From Gemmatimonas aurantiaca T-27 (GTDB lineage Bacteria > Gemmatimonadota > Gemmatimonadetes > Gemmatimonadales > Gemmatimonadaceae), in contig NC_012489.1 in assembly GCF_000010305.1 (NCBI RefSeq), positions 2,021,646 to 2,053,645 on the forward strand: a DNA stretch of 32,000 nucleotides. Reading direction: 5' to 3'. Under the pieces are notes generated by a model. That model was not told the DNA's origin. It worked only from the letters and a program-made list of their open reading frames with translations, and did not search any database. Shown one piece after another: positions 18,395 to 27,420 of this stretch. How positions within the stretch are numbered: the stretch's first letter is position 1; each line of letters starts with the position of its first letter. Both the position numbers and the translations under genes were made by a program.

Positions 18395-18958
18395 TCAGCG
18401 GATCTGGTTCCAGAGCGCCACCGTTTCGGGCGACAGTCCCTTGCCTTCGCGGATGGTCCACTCGAGGCGCAGACGCACAACTTGTCGAAAGACCGCGTCA
18501 AAATCGTCGGCAACCCGATCGGCCAGGAACGCCCGATCGGTCTGCATGAAGTTGCGCCCGGGTTCGAGGAAATCGGCCATGAAGAGCGCCCGTCCTGTTC
18601 GGTACCAGTCGAGCGATCCGACAGTGTGCCACCGAATGGCATCGAGCACCGACTGACGCTCTTCGCCTTCAGCAGCGAGTCGCAGCGCCGCAGCGGGGCC
18701 GTGCAACATGCCAAAGGGCCGTTGTTGGTCGCCGGTTGCGGCCCGCAATGTCGGTTCATCGGCATCGCGCAGGGCGTCGTGCCACCGCCCCGCATCCACC
18801 CACGCACGACGCTCTTCGGTCGATAGAGACAGCTCGTCGGCCCATCGTTCGAGCAACGCGACCACGCGCTGAATGTGCGCGCGGCGCTTCTCCGTCACGA
18901 CCGCCCATTCCGGCAACACCACGGTGGTTGCCGATGGTGTGGTGTGATCAGCGCTCAT
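18395..18958 (-). CDS. HD-domain hydrolase (YqeK/HDIG-like)
   Basis: 187 aa; HIQRVVALLERWADELSLSTEERRAWVDAGRWHDALRDAD...AVLDAIRWHTVGS-type HD pattern. Confidence 0.7.
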   Translation of the reverse strand: MSADHTTPSATTVVLPEWAVVTEKRRAHIQRVVALLERWADELSLSTEERRAWVDAGRWHDALRDADEPTLRAATGDQQRPFGMLHGPAAALRLAAEGEERQSVLDAIRWHTVGSLDWYRTGRALFMADFLEPGRNFMQTDRAFLADRVADDFDAVFRQVVRLRLEWTIREGKGLSPETVALWNQIR

Positions 18959-19763
18959 CGAGGGCCGCGCGCAGCGAACGCGTCAGCGCGATGGCATCTT
19001 CGATGGAGCGGCCGGCCGCACGCACCAGCGCACTTCCCACCACCACGCCATCACCCAGGGCGGCAGCGGCCTTGGCATCAGCAGGCGTGGAAATGCCAAA
19101 ACCGATGCACAGTGGCAGCGAGGTGGCGCTGCGTAGACGCTGCACGGTGACCGGGAGATCGTCAGGGAGCGAGTCACGCTCACCGGTCACGCCGAGTCGG
19201 CTGATGAGATACACAAAGCCCCCGCCGTGCCGGGCGATCTCCGCCATGCGCGGCGCCGGGGTGGTCGGCGCGACCAGACGCACAAAATCGAGACCGCTCG
19301 ATCCGAACCAGGCTTCGCGCTCGGGGTCGGCACCAACCGGCAGGTCGGTAGCCAGCACACCATCAACCCCCGCCGCGCGGGCGCGACGCAACACATCGTC
19401 CCCACCGGCCAGGATGGGATTCAGGTAGCTGAACAACACCACGGGCACATCGAGGCCCGCTTCCTTCACGATGTCGAGCGTGCGGGACAGCGTGATACCG
19501 TGTTCGAGCGCGACCTGTGAGCTGTGCTGAATGACCGGACCATCGGCCATCGGATCGGAGAACGGGACGCCCACCTCGATGACATCCGCTCCCGCTTCGG
19601 CCAGCCCACGCAGCAATTGCACACTGGAGGCCGGGTCCGGATAACCGGCCGTGACATAGCAGACGAGTGCCTTTCGACCTTCGGCGGCCAGTGCGCGAAA
19701 CCGCGCAGTGAGGCGCGACGGAGCGGAGACGTCAGGCGAAGTGGTCGCCGATGCTGATGCCAT
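18948..19763 (-). CDS. trpA: Tryptophan synthase alpha chain
   Basis: GRKALVCYVTAGYPDPASSVQLLRGLAEAGADVIEVGVPFSDPMADGPVIQHSSQVAL...GVDGVLATDLP...GFGISTPADAKA. Confidence 0.96.
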   Translation of the reverse strand: MASASATTSPDVSAPSRLTARFRALAAEGRKALVCYVTAGYPDPASSVQLLRGLAEAGADVIEVGVPFSDPMADGPVIQHSSQVALEHGITLSRTLDIVKEAGLDVPVVLFSYLNPILAGGDDVLRRARAAGVDGVLATDLPVGADPEREAWFGSSGLDFVRLVAPTTPAPRMAEIARHGGGFVYLISRLGVTGERDSLPDDLPVTVQRLRSATSLPLCIGFGISTPADAKAAAALGDGVVVGSALVRAAGRSIEDAIALTRSLRAALDER

Positions 19764-21186
19764 AACGGTGCGGATCCTCGGTGCGAATGATAGAGCGAAC
19801 AAACTGGCCAGACGCATCGCGCGCCGTAAGGTCCATCAGTTGTGCGGTGTTCTGCACCGGGTTGCCACGCTCGTCCATCAGGATGCGAACCAGCGGACGC
19901 GACAATGCCGCCGCGTCGGGATTGGCGGCCATCACCAGCGCGATTTCGAAGGTATCGAGCACCACGACCGTGCCAACCGGGTAGATACCGGTCAGGTTGA
20001 TGAACGCCTTCACCACCACCGGATCGAGCCCCAGGCGGGGATTGTCGCGCATCCCCCGCAGCACATCGGCCGGCGTCCAGGGCGCATCCTGATACACGCG
20101 GCTCGTCGTGGCGGCATCGAAGCCATCGGTGACAGCGATGATCTTCGAGAACATCGACAACGTGCGAGGCCGCACCAGCCGCGGATAACCAGAGAGATCG
20201 GTGCGCATGTGATGTTCGTAGGCGGCCGACATGGCCCGCCAGGGACGTGTGGCCACACCGGGAATGCCGAACAGCGCCAACACACCCTGCCAGGTGTGCG
20301 ACTGCAGCAGCAACCGTTCGTCCTCATCCAGTTCGCCGCGCTTGTTCAGCAGTTCGAGCGGCACACGCGACTTGCCCAGGTCGTGCAGCAGCGCCGCGAG
20401 GCCGAGGTCGAGCAGTTGCAGCTTGGCCAACCCCAGCCGACGGCCGAGCGCGACCGACATGATGCACACGTTCACGCTGTGCACAAACGTGTATTCGTCG
20501 AAATCCCGGAGCGTGGTGAGCCCCATCAGCGAGGTCGAATCGGTGAGAATCGAATCGACAATGCCCTGCACGGCGCGCTTCACACGCTTGAGGCTGGGGC
20601 TCTTGCCCAACCGCGTGGACGTGATGATCTCGCGCGTGACGTCGAGCGAGCGCACATAGGTCTGCCGGGCGCGTTCCTTGGCATCGAGTTCGGCCTCTTC
20701 GCGCACGCCTTCTTCCAGCGGCGGTGAGAGTTCGAAGTCGGCCACGCGGGCCTGTTCGAGTCGCGCCGTGAGCTGCGCCAGACGCTCTTCTTCGGGATAT
20801 TCGAGCGGCGGGGACTGGAGGAAAGACAGCAACACCACCCAGGCGCGCGGGTCGGGACGGCCGACCAGCACGATGCCCCCAATGCCCGCTTCCCGGAACA
20901 GCCCGAGCAACGACGCCACGGCCGCATAGTTGTCGAACGACAGTCGCAACCGCGTTTCGTTCACGAAAAGAAAGTCGCCAATTCTCCGCAGCGCACATTC
21001 GTCTTCGTCCTGCCGCACGCGTTCGGCGCTGTTCCCCAGTTCGGCGATGGCCCGCTGGACAGCGGCGTTTTCGATGGGGTACAGGCGTACCGCGCGCACG
21101 GCGCTGTTCATCGCCACGATGAATGCCCGTGCGTGTTTCTGTGCCGCTGCGCCGCTGCTCTGGTCGGCCATCGCGCCTGTGCCCAT
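19732..21186 (-). CDS. HD-GYP-type phosphohydrolase with an N-terminal domain shared with the adjacent HEAT protein
   Basis: 484 aa; LGLAALLHDLGKSRVPLELLNKRGELDEDE...AAYEHHMRTDLSGYP...IIAVTDGFDAATTSRVYQ. Confidence 0.85.
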   Translation of the reverse strand: MGTGAMADQSSGAAAQKHARAFIVAMNSAVRAVRLYPIENAAVQRAIAELGNSAERVRQDEDECALRRIGDFLFVNETRLRLSFDNYAAVASLLGLFREAGIGGIVLVGRPDPRAWVVLLSFLQSPPLEYPEEERLAQLTARLEQARVADFELSPPLEEGVREEAELDAKERARQTYVRSLDVTREIITSTRLGKSPSLKRVKRAVQGIVDSILTDSTSLMGLTTLRDFDEYTFVHSVNVCIMSVALGRRLGLAKLQLLDLGLAALLHDLGKSRVPLELLNKRGELDEDERLLLQSHTWQGVLALFGIPGVATRPWRAMSAAYEHHMRTDLSGYPRLVRPRTLSMFSKIIAVTDGFDAATTSRVYQDAPWTPADVLRGMRDNPRLGLDPVVVKAFINLTGIYPVGTVVVLDTFEIALVMAANPDAAALSRPLVRILMDERGNPVQNTAQLMDLTARDASGQFVRSIIRTEDPHRYGISIGDHFA

Positions 21187-22883
21187 TACTGACCGCCTCG
21201 CATGGCGCGCGCCACGGCGTTGCGCACCACCAGATCTTTCGTGTCTGCGGCGCGCTGCAACGAACCCATGGCCATCGGGGTGCCGATCAGCCCCAGCGCC
21301 CGCGCGGCACAGGCCCGGATCTCGGCATTTTCCTTCGCGCCCAACAGTCCGCGTGCGTTCAGCAGTGTGTCGAGTTCATTCACGCCCGAGTTGCCACACA
21401 GACTGCCAAACGCCTCGAACAGCGCCATCTTTTCGCCCAGGTCTGCACTGCGGGTCTCCTTGCGCCGAATGGCATCGAGCAGGCGCGGCAAGGCGCCGCC
21501 ATGTTTGCGGGTGCCGATGGCGCGATAGGTGGCGACGCGCACATCACGATCCGCATCGTCGATCGCGCGCTCGAGTGCCTGCAGGGCGCTGGGTGAGCCG
21601 ATGTCAGCAAGCACCCCCACCGCTTCGGCGCGTATCTGGGCTTCGGCGACACGCAGCAGCCGGGCGAGACCGGGCACCGCTGCGGCCGTACCCAACTGAG
21701 CCACCAGGCGGAGCGCGCCTCGCACGACCGCTTCCTTGGGATGCTCGAGCAAACGATTCAGTTCGGCCGTGTGTGCCCCCGCCAATCGCAGCGACGCACG
21801 CTCGATGGACGCTCGGGCCGGCGACGCGCTCGCGCCACCGAGCCAGGACACCAACGGTTCCAGCGCTTCGGCACGCAGCTCGGTGAAGAGTCCTTCGAGC
21901 AAGGATGCCACCGGCGTGCGCCGGCTTTCATCGAGCGCGTGCAGCAACTGCGCCACGACCTGCGGTTCACTGAGGCGACCGGGGAGCGCTTCCAGCGACT
22001 GCACCAGCGCCGGTCCAAGTTGTGGCCGACGTGCGGTGGTCGCCGCCTCGCGCAGCACATAGGCGACCAGCTCATAGTCACCCAGCGTGAGGAACTCGAT
22101 CACCAACTGATCGAGAATGCCCAGCACTTCGCGCTGTGCTTCCTCTTCGGGACGCGTCTCGAGAATGTCGAAAAGACTGGCCAGGACCAGCCGGCGTTGA
22201 TCCTCGGTGTATTCGCGGCGCAGTTCGTCCTGCAGGTACGCCGTTTCGCGCTGGTCGAGGAAGTAGAGCGTGGTGTCGAAGTTCTCGACACGCACCATAC
22301 CAGGCGGCCCCTCTCCCGGAGGCTGCGTCTCGGCGGGTGGTACGGCCAACGGCGCCTGCCCTGGCGCAAAGCTCGCCACACCGGGGCGGTCGCCCGACGA
22401 CATGAGCATGGGCTCCGCCGCATTGCCGACATCCACGTACCGATACGTGACATGGCCCAGGTCGGCCACCCACAGCATGGTCACCAGATCATCGTCATCG
22501 TTCGCCGCCGCTCGTGCGCGCTGCAACAGCGACAGCAGCGCCTCGAGATCCTGCTGCTCACATCCTGGCTGAAACGCCATCGCGCGCAGTCCATCGCGAT
22601 GCATCAACCAGGGCAGCGATTCGGTTCCGCGATCGGCGTCCTGAAACACGGTGCGCCCTTCCCACAGGAACGACGCTTCCTGCACCTGCAATTCGAGCAC
22701 CGACTCGTGCGCCCAGATCTTCGCAAACGCGGTGCGCGCGAGTTCGAGACTCTGCCCGCGCGCGGGATTGTTCGGCAGGTAGAGCTGCACGGCACGAAAC
22801 GCCTTGGACATCGCCCGAAGCGCGTCCTCGATCGCGGAAACTGCCTGCGGCGATGGCGTGGTGTCGTGAACAGCCATGGTCAT
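21186..22883 (-). CDS. HEAT-repeat protein with N-terminal domain resembling that of the adjacent HD-GYP protein
   Basis: 565 aa; C-terminal repeats such as [61 protein letters not shown] overlaps trpB stop (ATGA). Confidence 0.82.
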   Translation of the reverse strand: MTMAVHDTTPSPQAVSAIEDALRAMSKAFRAVQLYLPNNPARGQSLELARTAFAKIWAHESVLELQVQEASFLWEGRTVFQDADRGTESLPWLMHRDGLRAMAFQPGCEQQDLEALLSLLQRARAAANDDDDLVTMLWVADLGHVTYRYVDVGNAAEPMLMSSGDRPGVASFAPGQAPLAVPPAETQPPGEGPPGMVRVENFDTTLYFLDQRETAYLQDELRREYTEDQRRLVLASLFDILETRPEEEAQREVLGILDQLVIEFLTLGDYELVAYVLREAATTARRPQLGPALVQSLEALPGRLSEPQVVAQLLHALDESRRTPVASLLEGLFTELRAEALEPLVSWLGGASASPARASIERASLRLAGAHTAELNRLLEHPKEAVVRGALRLVAQLGTAAAVPGLARLLRVAEAQIRAEAVGVLADIGSPSALQALERAIDDADRDVRVATYRAIGTRKHGGALPRLLDAIRRKETRSADLGEKMALFEAFGSLCGNSGVNELDTLLNARGLLGAKENAEIRACAARALGLIGTPMAMGSLQRAADTKDLVVRNAVARAMRGGQ

Positions 22884-24103
22884 ACGTCAGGCAGCGTGTG
22901 CTGGCTGATGGTGCCCACGTCCTTGTCGCCGCGACCGCTCACGCACAGGAGGACGGGCTCGTCGGCCTGCCACCGACCAGCCGAACGCTCCACCCAGGCC
23001 ACGGCATGTGCCGTCTCCAGCGCCGGAATGATGCCCTCGAGGCGGCTCAGCACGGCCACCCCACGCAGCGCCTCGGTGTCGGTGACCGAATCGTAGAGGG
23101 CGCGGCCACTGTCGTGCAGCCACGAATGTTCGGGGCCAACGCCGGGGTAGTCGAGGCCGGCCGAGATGGAGTGCGCGGGGTGCACCTGCCCGGCCTCGTC
23201 CTGCAGCAGGTAGCTGAGCGAGCCATGCAACACACCAGGCGTGCCCTTGGTGATGGAGGCGCTGTGACGATCGGTGTCGAGACCGTCGCCGGCGGCTTCC
23301 ACGCCAACCAGTTCCACGTCGGCGTCCTGAACGAACCCCGAGAAGATCCCCATCGCGTTCGAGCCGCCACCAATGCACGCTACCACGGTCTTCGGCAGGC
23401 GACCCGCCCGTTCGAGCATCTGCGCGCGGGATTCGCGGCCAATCACCGACTGGAACTCGCGCACCATCCGCGGATACGGCGCCGGGCCGACTACCGAACC
23501 GATGATGTAATGGCTGTCATTCACAGTGGTGACCCAGTCGCGGATGGCTTCAGTGGTGGCGTCCTTGAGCGTACGCGTACCCGCTGTCACCGGCACGACC
23601 GTCGCACCGAGCAGACGCATGCGGAAGACATTCAGCGCTTGGCGCCGCATGTCTTCCTCACCCATGTATACGACGCACTCGAGGCCGAATCGGGCACAGA
23701 TCGTTGCCGTGGCCACACCGTGCTGCCCGGCGCCGGTCTCGGCGATGATGCGGCGCTTGCCCATGCGACGGGCCAGCAGCGCCTGCCCCACCGTGTTGTT
23801 GATCTTGTGCGCGCCCGTGTGATTCAGGTCTTCGCGCTTGAGCCACACCGGGGCGCCAATCCGCTCGCTGAGTCGTGGGGCAAAGGTGAGCGCCGTGGGA
23901 CGGCCCACGTACTCCCGCAGCAAACCATCCAGTTCGGCGCGAAAGGCGGGATCGGCGTTGGCTGCATCAAACGCGATATCGAGCGCGTCGAGGGCCGGGA
24001 TCAGCGTCTCCGGCACGTACCGACCGCCGAACGGCCCGAAGCGATCGTTGGCCACCGTCCCGAGTGTCGAATTGCCCGCCATGTCGCTCTGCTCCACCGT
24101 CAT
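22880..24103 (-). CDS. trpB: Tryptophan synthase beta chain
   Basis: [21 protein letters not shown]...[47 protein letters not shown]...[12 protein letters not shown]. Start at 24103 overlaps trpF stop (ATGA). Confidence 0.97.
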   Translation of the reverse strand: MTVEQSDMAGNSTLGTVANDRFGPFGGRYVPETLIPALDALDIAFDAANADPAFRAELDGLLREYVGRPTALTFAPRLSERIGAPVWLKREDLNHTGAHKINNTVGQALLARRMGKRRIIAETGAGQHGVATATICARFGLECVVYMGEEDMRRQALNVFRMRLLGATVVPVTAGTRTLKDATTEAIRDWVTTVNDSHYIIGSVVGPAPYPRMVREFQSVIGRESRAQMLERAGRLPKTVVACIGGGSNAMGIFSGFVQDADVELVGVEAAGDGLDTDRHSASITKGTPGVLHGSLSYLLQDEAGQVHPAHSISAGLDYPGVGPEHSWLHDSGRALYDSVTDTEALRGVAVLSRLEGIIPALETAHAVAWVERSAGRWQADEPVLLCVSGRGDKDVGTISQHTLPDV

Positions 24104-24798
24104 GCCTGAGTCTCCACAGCGCCGCGCGCTGCCATCACAAACTGTTGCACGCGCTCCGGATCCTTCACACCAGGCGCCACTTCCACGCCGGAAGATACGT
24201 CTACCACCTGCGGCGACAGCAGTCCGATGGCGGCGGCCACGTTTTCGGGACGGAGACCGCCGGCCAGTACCAACTGCACCGGCGTGGCCTGCCGGAGCGC
24301 CATCACCGAGGCGCGCAGCCCGGACCAGTCGAGCGCGACCCCGGTGCCGCCGAGTTGTCCGACGACGTGGGCATCCAACACCAAAGCACCTGCGGTTTGG
24401 GCGAGCGCTGCGGCGTCCTTCGGCAGTTCCTGACCGGCCACGCGCAGCACCGGCCACACGGTGCGTCCCGTGGTGTCCCGGAGCCAAGCGACCATCTCGA
24501 CGTATGAGCGACCGTTCGTCGAGGCATGCCCATGCAACTGCATGACATCGAGGTCGAGTGCGTCCGCGATCGAAACGATTTCTTCCGCCGACTGGTCACC
24601 GAACACGGCCACTCTTTGCACACCCTGACGACGTGGGCCAAGCACGGAACGGGCCGCGTCCACCGTCAGTAACCGAGGGCCTCCGGCCAGGATCACGCCC
24701 AGATAGGACGCGCCCTGCTGTTCGGCGTGTTCGGCATCCTGCGGGCGTGTCAGTCCGCAGATCTTGATACGGACCGGAGAGATGGGGGCGGAGGTCAT
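24100..24798 (-). CDS. trpF: Phosphoribosylanthranilate isomerase
   Basis: [33 protein letters not shown]...VQLHGH-type MQLHGHAS...[14 protein letters not shown]...[15 protein letters not shown]. Confidence 0.95.
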   Translation of the reverse strand: MTSAPISPVRIKICGLTRPQDAEHAEQQGASYLGVILAGGPRLLTVDAARSVLGPRRQGVQRVAVFGDQSAEEIVSIADALDLDVMQLHGHASTNGRSYVEMVAWLRDTTGRTVWPVLRVAGQELPKDAAALAQTAGALVLDAHVVGQLGGTGVALDWSGLRASVMALRQATPVQLVLAGGLRPENVAAAIGLLSPQVVDVSSGVEVAPGVKDPERVQQFVMAARGAVETQA

Positions 24799-24816
24799 CG
24801 GTGCGATCGTCGAGCG

Positions 24817-25662
24817 TCAGCGACGGGCGGTGGCATGACGGGCAATCGCGGCCAACGCACGCACCTGGGCTTCCGGATCGGTTGCCGTAGAGACCGCGCT
24901 GCCAACCAGTACGGCATCGGCGCCGGCATCGCGGGGCGCGTGCAGATCGTCCGGCTGCTGCATGCCACTCTCCGCCACGGCCACCCGATCGGAGGGGATG
25001 TGCGGAATGATGGCCGGCGCCGTGGCCGTATCGATGACCAGTGATTCGAGATTGCGATTGTTGACACCGATGACCGAAGCGCCAGCGGCCAGCGCCCGTT
25101 CGAGTTCGACGAGATCGCGAATCTCCACCAGTGGTTCGAGTCCGATCTCGCGTGCCGTGTCGATCAGCAGTGGCAGCAGCGAGGGGGCCAGTGATCGTAC
25201 GATCAACAGCGCCGCCGAAGCACCGGCCGCGCGAGCCTCCCACAACTGGACGGGGTGCACGAGGAAGTCCTTGCGGATCACGGGCACCTGCACGGCAGCA
25301 GCGACCGCTTGGAGATCTTCGAGGGACCCACCAAACCGCGTTGGTTCGGTCAGTACCGAAATCGCCGCTGCCCCGCCCCGCACGTACGCCTCGGCCTGGC
25401 CCACGGCGTCCAGTCCGGGGGCGATCGTGCCCTTGGACGGCGACGCGCGCTTCACCTCCGCGATGACCCGGAGATGTGGCCCCGTGAGGGCCTGGTGGAA
25501 AGGCACGACGGGTCGGGCGTCCCGCGCCACCGCCTTCAGGGCTTCGAGGCGGTCGGCGACCGCCATCGCCCGGGCGTGTGCCTCGCGGGTGAGCTGTCCG
25601 AGGGTGCCTTCAGGTTCGGTCCAGACGGGTGTTTCGGGCGTCTTTGAAGAAAATCCTTGCAC
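24817..25662 (-). CDS. trpC: Indole-3-glycerol phosphate synthase
   Basis: LRVIAEVKRASPSKGTIAPGLDAVGQAEAYVRGGAAAISVLTEPTRFGGSLEDL...VIRKDFLVHPVQLWEARAAGASAALLI...VIGVNNRNLESL. GTG start at 25662 uncertain. Confidence 0.95.
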   Translation of the reverse strand: MQGFSSKTPETPVWTEPEGTLGQLTREAHARAMAVADRLEALKAVARDARPVVPFHQALTGPHLRVIAEVKRASPSKGTIAPGLDAVGQAEAYVRGGAAAISVLTEPTRFGGSLEDLQAVAAAVQVPVIRKDFLVHPVQLWEARAAGASAALLIVRSLAPSLLPLLIDTAREIGLEPLVEIRDLVELERALAAGASVIGVNNRNLESLVIDTATAPAIIPHIPSDRVAVAESGMQQPDDLHAPRDAGADAVLVGSAVSTATDPEAQVRALAAIARHATARR

Positions 25663-25715
25663 TTCGGCCTGTCTTCGGTTAGCGTGGCGGGTGATGCTCT
25701 TCGGCCTGTTTTCGG
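25662..25715 (+). promoter_or_regulatory. Two near-identical 17-bp direct motifs upstream of lexA; candidate autoregulatory operator
   Basis: CTTCGGCCTGTCTTCGG (25662-25678) and CTTCGGCCTGTTTTCGG (25699-25715), 16/17 identical, start-to-start 37 bp; each has a (C/T)TTC half-site pair separated by 7 nt. Confidence 0.5.
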
Positions 25716-25749
25716 GCTCGGCCGGTACCCCCTCTCAAGTGGAGCTCCC

Positions 25750-26358
25750 ATGCCGCTCACCAAGCGACAGCGCGAAATTCTCTCGTTCCTCTCCGAGTAC
25801 AACGAGGTCAACGGCTATGCGCCCAGCTTCGAGGAGATCGCGTCGCAGTTCAACTATAACTCGCTTGCGACGGTGCATGAGCATCTGACCAACCTCGAGC
25901 GCAAGGGGTACATCAAGCGCTCGTACAACGAGAGCCGCGCCATCGAGATCCTGCCGTCGGAGATCTACCAGCGTTCGGTGGAGTTACCGCTCCTGGGTTC
26001 TGTGGCGGCCGGTGCACCCATCGAAGCGGTACACAGTGGCGAGACGATGGCCGTGCCCGACGGGTTCTTGCGCCGGAACGGGAGTCACTATGTCCTGCGG
26101 GTGCGTGGCGACTCGATGATCGAGGAGCATATCCGCGACGGCGACTTTGTCGTGATCAACGACAAGCAGGCAGCCGACAACGGCGAAATGGTCATCGCCC
26201 TGCTCGATGGCTCGGGGGCTACCGTGAAGCGTTACTATCGCGAGCGTGATGGGCGCATCCGTTTGCAGCCAGCCAACGAAACGATGCAGCCGCTGTTTGT
26301 CCACGAAGACGACGTCCGCATCCAGGGCATCGTGGTCGGGGTGTTGCGCCGCTATTGA
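25750..26358 (+). CDS. lexA: SOS repressor LexA
   Basis: 202 aa from ATG 25750, preceded by GGAG; MPLTKRQREILSFLSEYNEVNGYAPSFEEIASQF..., Ala-Gly cleavage site in GSVAAGAPIEAV, catalytic Ser in VRGDSMIEEHIRDGD, Lys in GATVKRYYRE. Confidence 0.96.
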   Translation: MPLTKRQREILSFLSEYNEVNGYAPSFEEIASQFNYNSLATVHEHLTNLERKGYIKRSYNESRAIEILPSEIYQRSVELPLLGSVAAGAPIEAVHSGETMAVPDGFLRRNGSHYVLRVRGDSMIEEHIRDGDFVVINDKQAADNGEMVIALLDGSGATVKRYYRERDGRIRLQPANETMQPLFVHEDDVRIQGIVVGVLRRY

Positions 26359-26382
26359 ATGAGTCGGCGCGCCTGAAACCGA

Positions 26383-27420
26383 TCAGGCGCGCCAGCGCTG
26401 GGAAGCGGCTCGCAGGCGTTCCAGCGCGGTGTATCCGACGCCCGCCGCCAATGCAGAACGGGTCTGTGCCACGGCGTCGGCATACGTCAGGTCGTCTCGG
26501 CTGACATACAGGGCCGCGGCGGCATTCAGCAGTACCGCCGCTTGTGCTCCTGTTGAACCCGCGCCCTGCAACACGGCCTCAATGATCTCCGCGTTCTGCG
26601 CCGGATCACCACCGGCCAGCGACTCGGCGCTGACTGCACCCACGCCAAAGGCGGCGGGATCAATGGTCCAGCGGTGCACCGCGCCATCGCGCGCCTCGCG
26701 TACCTCGGTCAGGCCCAGCGGCGAGATTTCGTCCACCCCCGGAGCGCCGTGCACGACCATCGCGCGTACCGATCCGAGCTGCATGAGTGCGTTGGCGAGC
26801 AACTCGAGGCGTGCGATTTCCGCCACACCCACCACCTGACGGCCGGCACGGGCCGGATTGGCCAGCGGGCCCACGATGTTCATCACGGTGGGCACGGCCA
26901 GTTCACGGCGAATCGGGCCCACGTGACGCAGCGCCGGGTGCATGAGCGGTGCGAACATGAACACAATGCCCGCCTCCTCCAGCGTGGCAGCCATGGCGGC
27001 GGGCGTGGTTTCGATCACGACGCCCAGTGCCTCCAACACATCCGCGCTGCCCGATCGGGATGTGAAAGACCGGTTGCCATGTTTCGCGACCCGCACACCC
27101 ATGCCTGCCGCCAACAGGGCGGAGGCCGTGGAGATGTTGAACGTCGTCAACGAGCCGCCGCCCGTGCCGCAGGTGTCCACCAATGCGTTCGGGTCCGCCG
27201 CCGGCAGCACCACCATGGCGTCGCGCAGCGCCCGCACCACGGCAGCCACTTCCGACGGCGTTTCCCCTTTCACTCGCAGGGCCATCAGCAACGCGGCCAC
27301 CTGGGCCGGGGTGCCCTCGCCACGCATGATCACCTTGAAGGCCTGATGCAGCTCTTCGCCATCCAGCGGCTGATGCAGCGCGAGCCGCCGAATGGCAACG
27401 GCCAACGCCTCAGCGGGCAT
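26383..27420 (-). CDS. trpD: Anthranilate phosphoribosyltransferase
   Basis: ALVDTCGTGGGSLTTFNISTASALLAAGMGVRVAKHGNRSFTSRSGSADVLEALG...VGPLANPARAGRQVVGV. ORF extends upstream but MPAEALAV start at 27420 preferred. Confidence 0.95.
   Translation of the reverse strand: MPAEALAVAIRRLALHQPLDGEELHQAFKVIMRGEGTPAQVAALLMALRVKGETPSEVAAVVRALRDAMVVLPAADPNALVDTCGTGGGSLTTFNISTASALLAAGMGVRVAKHGNRSFTSRSGSADVLEALGVVIETTPAAMAATLEEAGIVFMFAPLMHPALRHVGPIRRELAVPTVMNIVGPLANPARAGRQVVGVAEIARLELLANALMQLGSVRAMVVHGAPGVDEISPLGLTEVREARDGAVHRWTIDPAAFGVGAVSAESLAGGDPAQNAEIIEAVLQGAGSTGAQAAVLLNAAAALYVSRDDLTYADAVAQTRSALAAGVGYTALERLRAASQRWRA

Noticed and set aside
22514-24109. Plus-strand 531-aa ORF opposite trpB/HEAT gene
   Set aside because: Covers strongly supported trpB in antisense and has R/A/H-rich composition; spurious. 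The same applies to 3860-4342+, 8144-9283+, 11470-12588+, 14058-15197+, 19708-20727+, 21741-23096+ and 30621-31724-.
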